A stretch of DNA of 64,000 nucleotides from NCBI GenBank assembly GCA_002269645.1, contig NIVC01000587.1, positions 248,001 through 312,000 of the forward strand, read 5' to 3'. Position numbers and translations under genes: made by a program. The notes beneath the pieces were generated by a model that searched no databases, had not been told where the DNA came from, and was given only the letters and a program-made list of their open reading frames with translations. Of the stretch, positions 28,221 through 40,500 are shown one piece after another. This DNA comes from Macrostomum lignano. Its lineage: Eukaryota. The first letter of the stretch is position 1. Each line of letters begins with the position of its first letter.

Positions 28221-29621
28221 TTTAGTCATAGACAATGAAGTTCAACCATAGACAAAATCAATCCTGCACGCTGGAGGGACGAGGGGTTTTCAGTTGGATC
28301 TGAAGGAGATTTGCCATAGACAATATCAGTAGTTCTGCACACAGAATCAAGCAAGTATGTTCTCGAGGATTTTTCTCGAACAAATTTGTCTATGGCAAAA
28401 CCTCATTCAGCGCAATGCTTTCTCTAGCACAGATTCTATATTACCTAGGTATGTCACTACAGCATTCGCTAATGTATTTAAGTGTCTCCGAGGGCACCGA
28501 AAATCCAGGGGTATGGGCCACAGACACGAGCTGCTTCTAAATGTCTTGAGAGCAGCAGAAGCTATAGTCTATAGTCTGAACCCCGGGGTTTTCGCTCTGC
28601 AGAGGGTAGATAGAATCTGTGCTCTCTAGGGCATACTAAATGCACTGGCGATACGGAAAACCGTACGAGCGTACGTTCCTTACCGGCTTCCAGCTCATTT
28701 CTAAGAAACCCGAGTGCAGCGCCCTTCTGTTTCAGTTGTCAAGCATTGATTATTTGTTTGGACCTCAAATCCCATAATTATTATTAATAAAGCTACAGAG
28801 AATTTATTCCACTTTAGAAACCTGTTTATAAGGAGTCCGTTGAATCAAACGGCTGGCTATTATAATTAGTTATCTTATCTATAGCGTGTAACCTGGACAC
28901 CTGCAGCCAGCTTTATGGTGTCTTCTCTAGGACGACTAGGTGTTTTGAAGTTACTGTTTCTTTCTTGAACTTCGTTTTTAGAAGACGCAGATGCTTTGAA
29001 TTCTTTAGTACTAAAACTCATGAAACTGCTTTTTGCAACACACAAGTTTCCCTTCCAGTACAGAGTTTTTTCTTAGATCATCTTCTCGGGTCGAGGCAGC
29101 CCGCAATTCATCAAGTCTGGCTGACCAGGGGAATGGGGCGAGAGAGAAATTTATATCAACCAAAAGCGGAGAGCAGCTGCAACTGCAGTCGCTCTTCTTT
29201 TTTGTAAAAAAAGAATTCCATAAATTTGTACCACCCATCCGCCGCTTAGGAGCGGGACACGTGCGATGAGGACCAGCGCCACTTCATGCGCAGCCTCTCC
29301 TCATCCTCTTTTATCCACTCTTCTCTCTCTTTACTGAGAGGCTGGACCTCAGTAACTGGGGACAGAAATAGAAGCGAAGGATTTGGCATTCGTCACCCAG
29401 CTGGGAATTGGCGGCTGGCCAGCGAGTGAAGCTGGTGCGACCGCTCTCTCCAATTCAATATGAAAGATGAAGGAAATGCAGAGCAGCGAGTTCGATTCTT
29501 TTTTTACTTTTCTCTCTGTCTCACCCCATGGGACTAAGGGAAGCGGAGTGGGGGGAGATTTTTGCCAGCTAGAGCATGCGCTAAGAAATTATTTTGCTTC
29601 GTTATTGACGGTTTGAGGGAC

Positions 29622-29685
29622 GGCTGCTTTGCTGCTTTGCTGCTTTGCTGCTTTGCTGCTTTGCTGCTTTGCTGCTTTGCTGCTT
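29622..29685. repeat. (CTGCTTTG)n 8-bp repeat
   Basis: About 8 tandem copies. Confidence 0.85.
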
Positions 29686-30483
29686 GAGCACTGCTCAGCC
29701 TACTGAACGCAGAGATTGCTACTTAAAGTAGCTACTATAGCGGGACAGTTTAATCAAAATCTGAGTAGGCAGCCGTTATAATGGGGAGTCTTTGACACCC
29801 ACGACAGGCAGGGGAATAAAAGCAAGCTCCTGTTCTCACTGTCTGTCAAAATCAATCCCTAGTTCGTTTTCTGGCTGCATTCACAGCCATGAGGACTAAA
29901 CCCCATGACAGAGAGTGTATATGCCTGACGATTAGAAAGTCAGGGCCGCTGTACACACCGAGTGAGCGTGTGTGTGAGTGCGTGTATGAGGGCAGAATTG
30001 CCTCTCCGCTGGTTGTGCAGCGACGGTGTCACCGAAGGCGTTGAAGGTGCCCCACAGCCCATCCAGGTGCTTCAACTGGCTCGTATTGTCTATGGCTTAA
30101 ACCGATGCTTATTGCTTCAGTGTATTATTTCAAACTGACCAAATTGATTTGCACTGCTACAGTGCATATTCTGTTCGCCTTTTTCGCTCAAGAGACAAGA
30201 GAGAGATCGCGTGCTGGGGGATAACTCTTTGAAATCCTATCAACTGCAGGCTGGTGCCGTAATCCGGGAATTTTTTGAATCTCGGATTTTTCCAACCGAT
30301 AATTCCCACGTATCCAAGTCCGTATCCCATTTTGGAGTGACGGTATTTTGTTATTTGCTGTCTGGAGAATTTGGTCTGCCCCACTTGCCCTACCGCTGTG
30401 CAATGGCGTGCAAGTAGTTAACCCCCCCCCCTATCCCTACTGTCTACTTCTCTCCACTATGTCTCTCTCGCTCTAGTCTAAAT

Positions 30484-31080
30484 TCTCCCGCTCTACCCTC
30501 TCCTCTCTACCCTCTCCTCTCTACCCTCTCCTTCTCTACCCTCTCCTCTCTACCCTCTCCTCTCTACCCTCTCCTTCTCTACCCTCTCCTCTCTACCCTC
30601 TCCTCTCTACCCTCTCCTTCTCTACCCTCTCCTTCTCTACCCTCTCCTCTCTACCCTCTCTTCTCTACCCTCTCCTCTCTACCCTCTCTTCTCTACCCTC
30701 TCCTCTCTACCCTCTCCTTCTCTACCCTCTCCTCTCTACCCTCTCCTCTCTACCCTCTCCTTCTCAACCCTCTCCTTCTCTACCCTCTCCTCTCTACCCT
30801 CTCTTCTCTACCCTCTCCTCTCTACCCTCTCTTCTCTACCCTCTCCTCTCTACCCTCTCCTCTCTACCCTCTCCTCTCTACCCTCTCTTCTCTACCCTCT
30901 CCTCTCTACCCTCTCGTTCTTTACTCTCTCCTCTACTCTCTCTTTCTCTGCCTTCTTCTTCTCTACCCTCTCCTCTCTAACCTCTCCTTCTCTTCCCTCT
31001 CCTTCTCTACCCTCCCCTCTACCCTCTCCTCTCTACTTTCTCTTTCTCTAACCTCTTCTTCTTTACTTTCTCCTTCTCTC
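30484..31080. repeat. 14-15 bp pyrimidine-rich minisatellite
   Basis: Unit CTCTACCCTCTCCT(T); related to the array at 6920-8190. Confidence 0.9.
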
Positions 31081-32794
31081 CGCCTTCTTCATGAATATAC
31101 TTGAGTACAGTTACTATAAGATGATTAAATCTATTCAACTCACCTGCTGAGCATGTCGGGAGCCGGTGAATCAGACAGATGCAAGATATCGCTCTATCAA
31201 CTGATGCAATTTCCCAGTTTTATATCAATGCTTATTTACCGCGAGGCAGATTGGTGTCAAATTATTGACTAAAATTGACAGATTAAGAGAGGCCGGCCTA
31301 CTTTTAGACTTTATAGAGCAGCTCACTTCGCGATGGGATTTAAGAACTGAGCCTTAGGAGTTGGAAGAAAGAGAGATGCCGGATTCAATAATGGGAGGGG
31401 GTGTGACTTGCCAGTTGCTACTCTCTCTCCCTCTCGTAGCTGCACGGGCCGGAATTTGAGGATTTTGAGGCCGAGAAGTAGCAAAGGATGGGGAGGGTTG
31501 GGGAACTCAGTGTGTTGCGAGGCAGAGCAAAGTGAGTGAGAGAGAGAGAGAGAGAGATGGAGAGAGAGAGGACGACCAAAGGCTTCGAGCAGACCTTGGA
31601 AACAAGTCACGGAGGCGGGCAGGCTTGGGAATTCACGTAAACAGAGGTGGCTTGAGCACTGCTCAGCCTTCTTCCCCAGCCAATGAAGTCTGTCAACAGT
31701 TAGTCGCTGGGATGGGGCGGATGGCCCAGGCCAATTCATTAGCTGATCAACCATCCACCTGAGCGGCTGCTCAGGTACATTTATGGAGCGACCGTGCAGT
31801 CTGTTGTTTCGCTTCTTGCATTTCAACCCCCCCCCTCCACCTGCACTGACGATTGCACTTCACCCCCCAGGTGCAAAGTGATTTCCAGAAAATTAATTTT
31901 TCTTTAGATATTTTTAGAAAGCTCACCCATTTATGTTGGAGATTTCTATTAAATTAATTGTAGCAATTAGCGAAATCAATTGCGTTTGGATTGGAAAAAC
32001 AATGATTTATGTGCTTTACTACATAAGGCAACCACAGTGAGCGATGGGGCCTTTACTCAGGACAGGCCTCTCCGAAGTTTTCAGGCCAGAGAATCTCTGC
32101 TGCCTACCTAAGGGCTACCGGACGAGCGACCATCTGACCCTCCACAGTTGCCAGCAATGTACCAGTTGTTCCCAGCCCTCAAGGTGCACCGTTGGCTGCC
32201 ACACCTGGCCACAGTGAGCCAAATAAGCGAGGCAGAAAGAGAATTAATTGCACGAAAGCAATTAGAAAGCAAATTAGGCAAATTTAGGCGCGAACGAAGC
32301 ACGCTTGTCCTTAATGATTAGATTCAGCTCTACAGGACAGTTCCGTGCTCAGCTCATTATTGATGCTCAACTCTCGCTGCTGTAACTGCGCAATTTTTTG
32401 CATTCATTTATTCTCCGAAGCGCTCACTTTGTTTCCGAGGGACCCGCTGCTGCTGGTCAGGGGGCACCCACCGTCTTCTCCAGTTCCTCTAATCTGTCAG
32501 TTCCCAGGCAGCTCTGGCTTTCCTCTGCTTTCTTCTTTCACCTTGCCTGGCGTCCGCTTCGAGGCCCGAGGCTAACCGGACTCTCCACACGCAGCTGGGC
32601 TGCTAGCGATGGCCATCCATCATCGTTCCACGAATTGTTTTTCCAACTGCCATCTGGCCAATGCAAATGAGCGACTCTCGACTGTTTGAGCGGCTCTCAA
32701 CTTTTTTGGGGAGGCATTTAGCTGGATTAACTGGCGAGCCGGGCCTGCCACTGGGGAGCCTGCGGGGGCGGCTCGAAGGCAGCCATTTAAAACC

Positions 32795-33400
<606 letters not shown>

Positions 33401-33984
33401 ACTTATTTTAGTCAGCTGGATCACTAATTGCAGGCAGGCAGGTGATACACCTGATCATCCAGCTGCCTGTCACCCGAGCCAACTATGATTGCTTTCTCCA
33501 ACTAGTATAAAAAGCGATGCAGAATCCAGTACTCGTACGCTCGTAAAAGAACATTTCATGATGCGGCAGCCTCAGGTCACGGAGACAGCCGCTTCGAATG
33601 CAGCGGGAACGCAGCCCGACGACACGGCACTCAAAATAAAATGTTGCCAGAAAAAATTTCGCAATTATTTTGAACTTAATACAGTAAGTGAGAAGTGCTC
33701 GCAAAGTATCTGTGTACAAATGAAGCAACTCTCAAGCCAAAGACTAATTACAAAAATGGATTCGCTTTCATCATAGCATAATGTAGAACAGCTACTGATC
33801 TCAAATTAAAAACATCAGAGGCTTCAAATAAAGCCATGGAAAATTACAAAGATGCAATTTTTACATACGAGTACATTCAAACGTGAAACGTGGCAGCCTA
33901 GAAACGGTTCATGAGCTATTAATCACTTATTAAAAAAGCATAATTTCCGGAACTTGTTGAGAGCATTGTACCACATCACATCAA

Positions 33985-34420
33985 TAAGATCACAGACACC
34001 GCAGCAGCACTCCATCACAGACACCGCAGCAGCACTCCATCACAGACACCGCAGCAGCACTCCATCACAGACACCGCAGCAGCACTCCATCACAGACACC
34101 GCAGCAGCACTCCATCACAGACACCGCAGCACTCCATCACAGACACTGCAGCACTCCATCACAGACACTGCAGCACTCCATCACAGACACTGCAGCACTC
34201 CATCACAGACACCGCAGCAGCACTCCATCACAGACACCGCAGCAGCACTCCATCACAGACACCGCAGCAGCACTCCATCACAGACACCGCAGCACTCCAT
34301 CACAGACACCGCAGCAGCACTCCATCACAGACACCGCAGCAGCACTCCATCACAGACACCGCAGCAGCACTCCATCACAGACACCGCAGCAGCACTCCAT
34401 CACAGACACCGCAGCAGTAC
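33985..34420. repeat. 25/22-bp minisatellite downstream of the Cys-loop gene
   Basis: Unit CACAGACACCGCAGCAGCACTCCAT. Confidence 0.95.
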
Positions 34421-34546
34421 ATGCAGCACATTATGGTGTATTGTTAAAATGCAGAAAAACATGTCTATTAGCTGCAGTCTGCAGTTCCATCTGCTGAAAG
34501 CATTGTTGTTGGCGCGCGAGCAGCATCAGTTTTCGCTTCATCGCGG

Positions 34547-37500
34547 TCACCAGAGATTGTAGCCAATCCAGTAGACAACATTGAACAGCACGAATGCCAA
34601 TGGGAACAGCTTCCTGGCCAGCTTGTCAATCACTCTGGCTCTCTGGCGCATTTCCTCGCGCCGCTTGTGCGCCTGGCGCCGGCTGTAGGCGCTGAACGGG
34701 CCAGTCGGAGGGCTGCCCGCGGCGCCGATACCGGATTCGTCTAGCGGCGGCGACGGGTCATCATCCCAGCCGGACTCCTGACAATTGTGAGAGAGGGTGC
34801 TGACAGTTCGGAGAGTGGGTGCTGACAGTTCTGAGAGTGAGTGCTGACAGTTCGGAGAGTGGGTGCTGACAGTTCTGAGAGTGAGTGCTGACAGTTCGGA
34901 GAGTGGGTGCTGACAGTTCTGAGAGAGGGTGCTGACAGTTCTGAGAGTGAGTGCTGACAGTTCGGAGAGTGGGTGCTGACAGTTCTGAGAGTGGGTGCTG
35001 ACAGTTCGGAGAGTGAGTGCTGACAGTTCGGAGAGTGGGTGCTGACAGTTCTGAGAGAGGGTGCTGACAGTTCGGAGAGAGGGTGCTGACAGTTCTGAGA
35101 GAGGGTGCTGACAGTTCTGAGAGAGGGTGCTGACAGTTCTGAGAGAGGTTGCTGACGGTTCTGAGAGTGGGTGCTGACAGTTCTGAGAGTGAGTGCTGAC
35201 AGTTCTGAGAGAGGGTGCTGACGGTTCTGAGAGTGGGTGCTGACAGTTCTGAGAGAGGGTGCTGACGGTTCTGAGAGTGGGTGCTGACAGTTCTGAGAGA
35301 GGGTGCTGACGGTTCTGAGAGTGAGTGCTGACAGTTCTGAGAGTGGGCGCTGACAGTTCTGAGAGTGAGTGCTGACAGTTCGGAGAGTGGGTGCTGACAG
35401 TTCTGAGAGTGGGTGCTGACAGTTCGGAGAGTGAGTGCTGACAGTTCGGAGAGTGGGTGCTGACAGTTCTGAGAGAGGGTGCTGACAGTTCTGAGAGAGG
35501 GTGCTGACGGTTCTGAGAGTGGGTGCTGACAGTTCTGAGAGTGGGTGCTGACAGTTCTGAGAGAGGGTGCTGACGGTTCTGAGAGTGAGTGCTGACAGTT
35601 CTGAGAGTGGGCGCTGACAGTTCTGAGAGTGAGTGCTGACAGTTCGGAGAGTGGGTGCTGACAGTTCTGAGAGTGGGTGCTGACAGTTCGGAGAGTGAGT
35701 GCTGACAGTTCGGAGAGTGGGTGCTGACAGTTCTGAGAGAGGGTGCTGACAGTTCTGAGAGAGGGTGCTGACGGTTCTGAGAGTGGGTGCTGACAGTTCT
35801 GAGAGAGGGTGCTGACGGTTCTGAGAGTGGGTGCTGACAGTTCTGAGAGAGGGTGCTGACGGTTCTGAGAGTGAGTGCTGACAGTTCTGAGAGTGGGCGC
35901 TGACAGTTCTGAGAGTGAGTGCTGACAGTTCTGAGAGTGGGTGCTGACAGTTCGGAGAGAGGGTGCTGACAGTTCTGAGAGTGAGTGCTGACAGTTCTGA
36001 GAGTGGGCGCTGACAGTTCTGAGAGTGAGTGCTGACAGTTCTGAGAGTGGGTGCTGACAGTTCGGAGAGAGGGTGCTGACAGTTCTGAGAGTGAGTGCTG
36101 ACAGTTCTGAGAGTGGGCGCTGACAGTTCTGAGAGTGAGTGCTGACAGTTCTGAGAGTGGGTGCTGACAGTTCGGAGAGAGGGTGCTGACAAATTTCAGG
36201 TAGAATCTGTCAGCTATAGACAAAATTCGTGTTACCCAATACTCTGCTCTGGTCTGTATCGACAAAAGGGAAAAGTAAAATTGATAGTTATTCACGTGAC
36301 CATTCGGAGGTGTTTTTTACTAGATTTAAGTTAAACTTAAAGGAAAATTCGCCCACCTACTTAAAGTAGGTTGGCCTGCTGCGAAGCTACAGTTTCATGC
36401 AGAATAAATGTAAAAATTATTTGCTGTGATAAACATCCTTATATAATACGGGTGATGTTAAAAGTAACAGGTACACTAATTGGATTTAGAAAAAAATTGC
36501 CTTTACAATGTAGCTTGCAGTGGACTGTGGGTGCTGCTGGTGAATATCGAACGGACAAAGGAACCAAAACACACACGATAAAAGTTACTGAAGCAACAGA
36601 CCAATGCAAAGGTGGGAGGCAGGCAAAAAGTAAAAGCACGTGCTTCCATGTGCATGCGTTTTGCAATTGAATAGATTTTCAACAGTGAAAGATTTATTGT
36701 ACTGTGTTAGTTCGTGATGCCGCCCAACACCCTGTGTGTCAGTTGGTGATGCCGCTCAACCCACCCTGTGTCAGTTGGTGATGCCGCTCTCCCCACCCTG
36801 TGTGTCAGTTGGTGATGCCGCTCTCCCCACCCTGTGTGTCAGTTGGTGATGCCGCTCAACCCACCCTGTGTCAGTTGGTGATGCCGCTCTCCCCACCCTG
36901 TGTCAGTTCGTGATGCCGCTCATCCCACCCTGTGTGTCAGTTGGTGATGCCGCTCAACCCACCCTGTGTGTCAGTTCGTGATGCCGCTCAACCCACCCTG
37001 TGTCAGTTGGTGATGCCGCTCATCCCACCCTGTGTGTCAGTTGGTGATGCCGCTCAACCCACCCTGTGTCAGTTGGTGATGCCGCTCTCCCCACCCTGTG
37101 TCAGTTCGTGATGCCGCTCATCCCACCCTGTGTGTCAGTTGGTGATGCCGCTCAACCCACCCTGTGTGTCAGTTCGTGATGCCGCTCTCCCCACCCTGTG
37201 TCAGTTCGTGATGCCGCTCATCCCACCCTGTGTGTCAGTTGGTGATGCCGCTCAACCCACCCTGTGTGTCAGTTGGTGATGCCGCTCTCCCCACCCTGTG
37301 TCAGTTCGTGATGCCGCTCATCCCACCCTGTGTGTCAGTTGGTGATGCCGCTCAACCCACCCTGTGTGTCAGTTGGTGATGCCGCTCTCCCCACCCTGTG
37401 TGTCAGTTGGTGATGCCGCTCAACCCACCCTGTGTGTCAGTTCGTGATGCCGCTCAACCCACCCTGTGTCAGTTCGTGATGCCGCTCATCCCACCCTGTG

Positions 37501-40500
37501 TGTCAGTTGGTGATGCCGCTCAACCCACCCTGTGTGTCAGTTCGTGATGCCGCTCAACCCACCCTGTGTCAGTTGGTGATGCCGCTCATCCCACCCTGTG
37601 TGTCAGTTGGTGATGCCGCTCAACCCACCCTGTGTCAGTTCGTGATGCCGCTCAACCCACCCTGTGTCAGTTGGTGATGCCGCTCTCCCCACCCTGTGTG
37701 TCAGTTGGTGATGCCGCTCAACCCACCCTGTGTGTCAGTTGGTGATGCCGCTCTCCCCACCCTGTGTGTCAGTTGGTGATGCCGCTCAACCCACCCTGTG
37801 TGTCAGTTGGTGATGCCGCTCTCCCCACCCTGTGTGTCAGTTGGTGATGCCGCTCATCCCACCCTGTGTGTCAGTTGGTGATGCCGCTCAACCCACCCTG
37901 TGTGTCAGTTGGTGATGCCGCTCATCCCACCCTGTGTGTCAGTTCGTGATGCCGCTCTCCCCACCCTGTGTGTCAGTTGGTGATGCCGCTCTCCCCACCC
38001 TGTGTGTCAGTTGGTGATGCCGCTCATCCCACCCTGTGTGTCAGTTGGTGATGCCGCTCATCCCACCCTGTGTGTCAGTTGGTGATGCCGCTCTCCCCAC
38101 CCTGTGTGTCAGTTGGTGATGCCGCTCATCCCACCCTGTGTGTCAGTTGGTGATGCCGCTCTCCCCACCCTGTGTGTCAGTTTGTGATGCCGCTCTCCCC
38201 ACCCTGTGTGTCAGGTCCAGTGGGGAGAAGTAAAAACTAGGAGGACGAGCGAACTCAGAATAAAATTCCAAAGCTGTTCCAGCAGCGGAGATGTCAATCG
38301 TCCGCCTCTCATCACGCTGATAATCATGATTCTAAACTGCATGATCATCTCGCGATCAGCAACCCAATAATTACCATGTCGCGCCGTTTAGCGCCAGATG
38401 AGGCGCCAGTCACCGCTCCAGCGGCGCCAGGCTGCTGCCTTCGCGCCGGTCGCATATTGGAAAGTCCGGGTACGGTGAGGGCCTATTAATCCGTGTTGGC
38501 AATGAGCACGATTTGATGGAGTTTGAGATCAATTAACAAGAAACTCCGTATCCTCGTCTTGTTTTACATGTATATACTTTATACATGCGCATCAATACTA
38601 CTGACACCGTTTGTTCGCGGGTAAGTAGTTTCAAAGGAAATTTGCACCGAAAAAATATATTGGAAAAAAACTCACTCGGAAAATTCGTCTATTGATTTGC
38701 CTCTGAAATAATCGTTTCTGGCGGCTGGTATCTTCGAAATTTAGAGCAAGCATTCAAAAATCAAAAATCAAGACTCAACAAGGTGAATAACAAATAAATA
38801 TTCAACAGCGAGGCAATGTCGTTTAAAACAATTAGACTAGAAAATTCTAACGACGGGGAACTCCCCGTCCTCGACAATCACTATCAAGGAATTCCCCATC
38901 ATCAACAATCACTATCAAGGAATTCCCCGTCATCGACAATCACTATCAAGGAATTCCCCGTCATAGAAAATTACTATAAAGGAATTCCCCGTTATCGACA
39001 ATCACTATCAAGGAATTCCCCGTCATCAACAATCACTATCAAGGAATTCCCCGTCATCGACAATCACTATCAAGGAATTCCCCGTCAAAGAAAATCACTA
39101 TCAAGGAATTCCCCGTTATCGAAAATCACTATCAAGGAATTCCCCGTCATAGAAAATTACTATAAAGGAATTCCCCGTCATCAACAATCACTATCAAGGA
39201 ATTCCCCGTCATCAACAATCACTATCAAGGAATTCCCCGTCAAAGAAAATCACTATCAAGGAATTCCCCGTTATAAAAAATCGAGCTCGGGGAATTCTCC
39301 ATCACAATTCATTAATCGTTCCACCCCGATCACCGTCGAAACTCTCACCTGAGCGCATATCATCTCTTCGAAGTTCTTCGCAGTCTCAGACAAGATGTTG
39401 AGGCCCTGCGACTTCTTGCGAATCTCTTTGCGGCTGAACACGTTGACGACAGCGAATTCTAGCAGCGAGGCAAAGACGAACAGCAGGCAGATGCTCATCC
39501 ACACGTCCATGGCCTGGCATGTAGATTGAGGTCAGGATGTCAAGTGTACAGTCACAGTTATCCTGGCTTCCAGCCAACCCGACATACAAAATTGTGAAAC
39601 CTTTGTGACGTCTTGACACCCTGCTGTCTTGAAAATATGACATTTTGACATCCCGACACCCTAACATCCTGACATCCTGACATCCTGACATCCTGACATC
39701 CTGACATCCTGACATCCTGACATCCTGACATCCTGACATCCTGACATCCTGACATCCTGACACCCTGACATCCTGACACCCTGACATCCTGACACCCTGA
39801 CATCCTGACACTCTGACATCCTGACACCCTGACATCCTGACACCCTGACATCCTGACATCCTGACATCCTGACACCCTGACATCCTGACACCCTGACATC
39901 CTGACACCCTGACATCCTGACACCCTGACATCCTGACACCCTGACATCCTGACACCCTGACATCCTGATATCCTGACATCCTGACATCCTGACATCCTGA
40001 CATCCTGACATCCTGACACCCTGACATCCTGACACCCTGACATCCTGACACCCTGACATCCTGACACCCTGACATCCTGACACCCTGACATCCTGACACC
40101 CTGACATCCTGACATCCAGACATCCTGACACCCTGACATCCTGACACCCTGACATCCTGACACCCTAACATCCTGACACCCTGACATCCTGACATCCAGA
40201 CATCCTGACATCCTAACATCCTGACACCCTGACATCCTGACATCCAGACATCCTGACATCCTGACATCCTGACATCCTGACACCCTGACATCCTGACACC
40301 CTGACATCCTGACACCCTGACATCCTGACACCCTGACATCCTGACACCCTGACATCCTGACACCCTAACATCCTGACACCCTAACATCCTGACACCCTGA
40401 CATCCTGACACCCTGACATCCTGACATCCTGACATCCTGGCATTCTAATACCCTGACATCCTGACACCCGACATCCTAACACCTGACATCCTGACATCCT

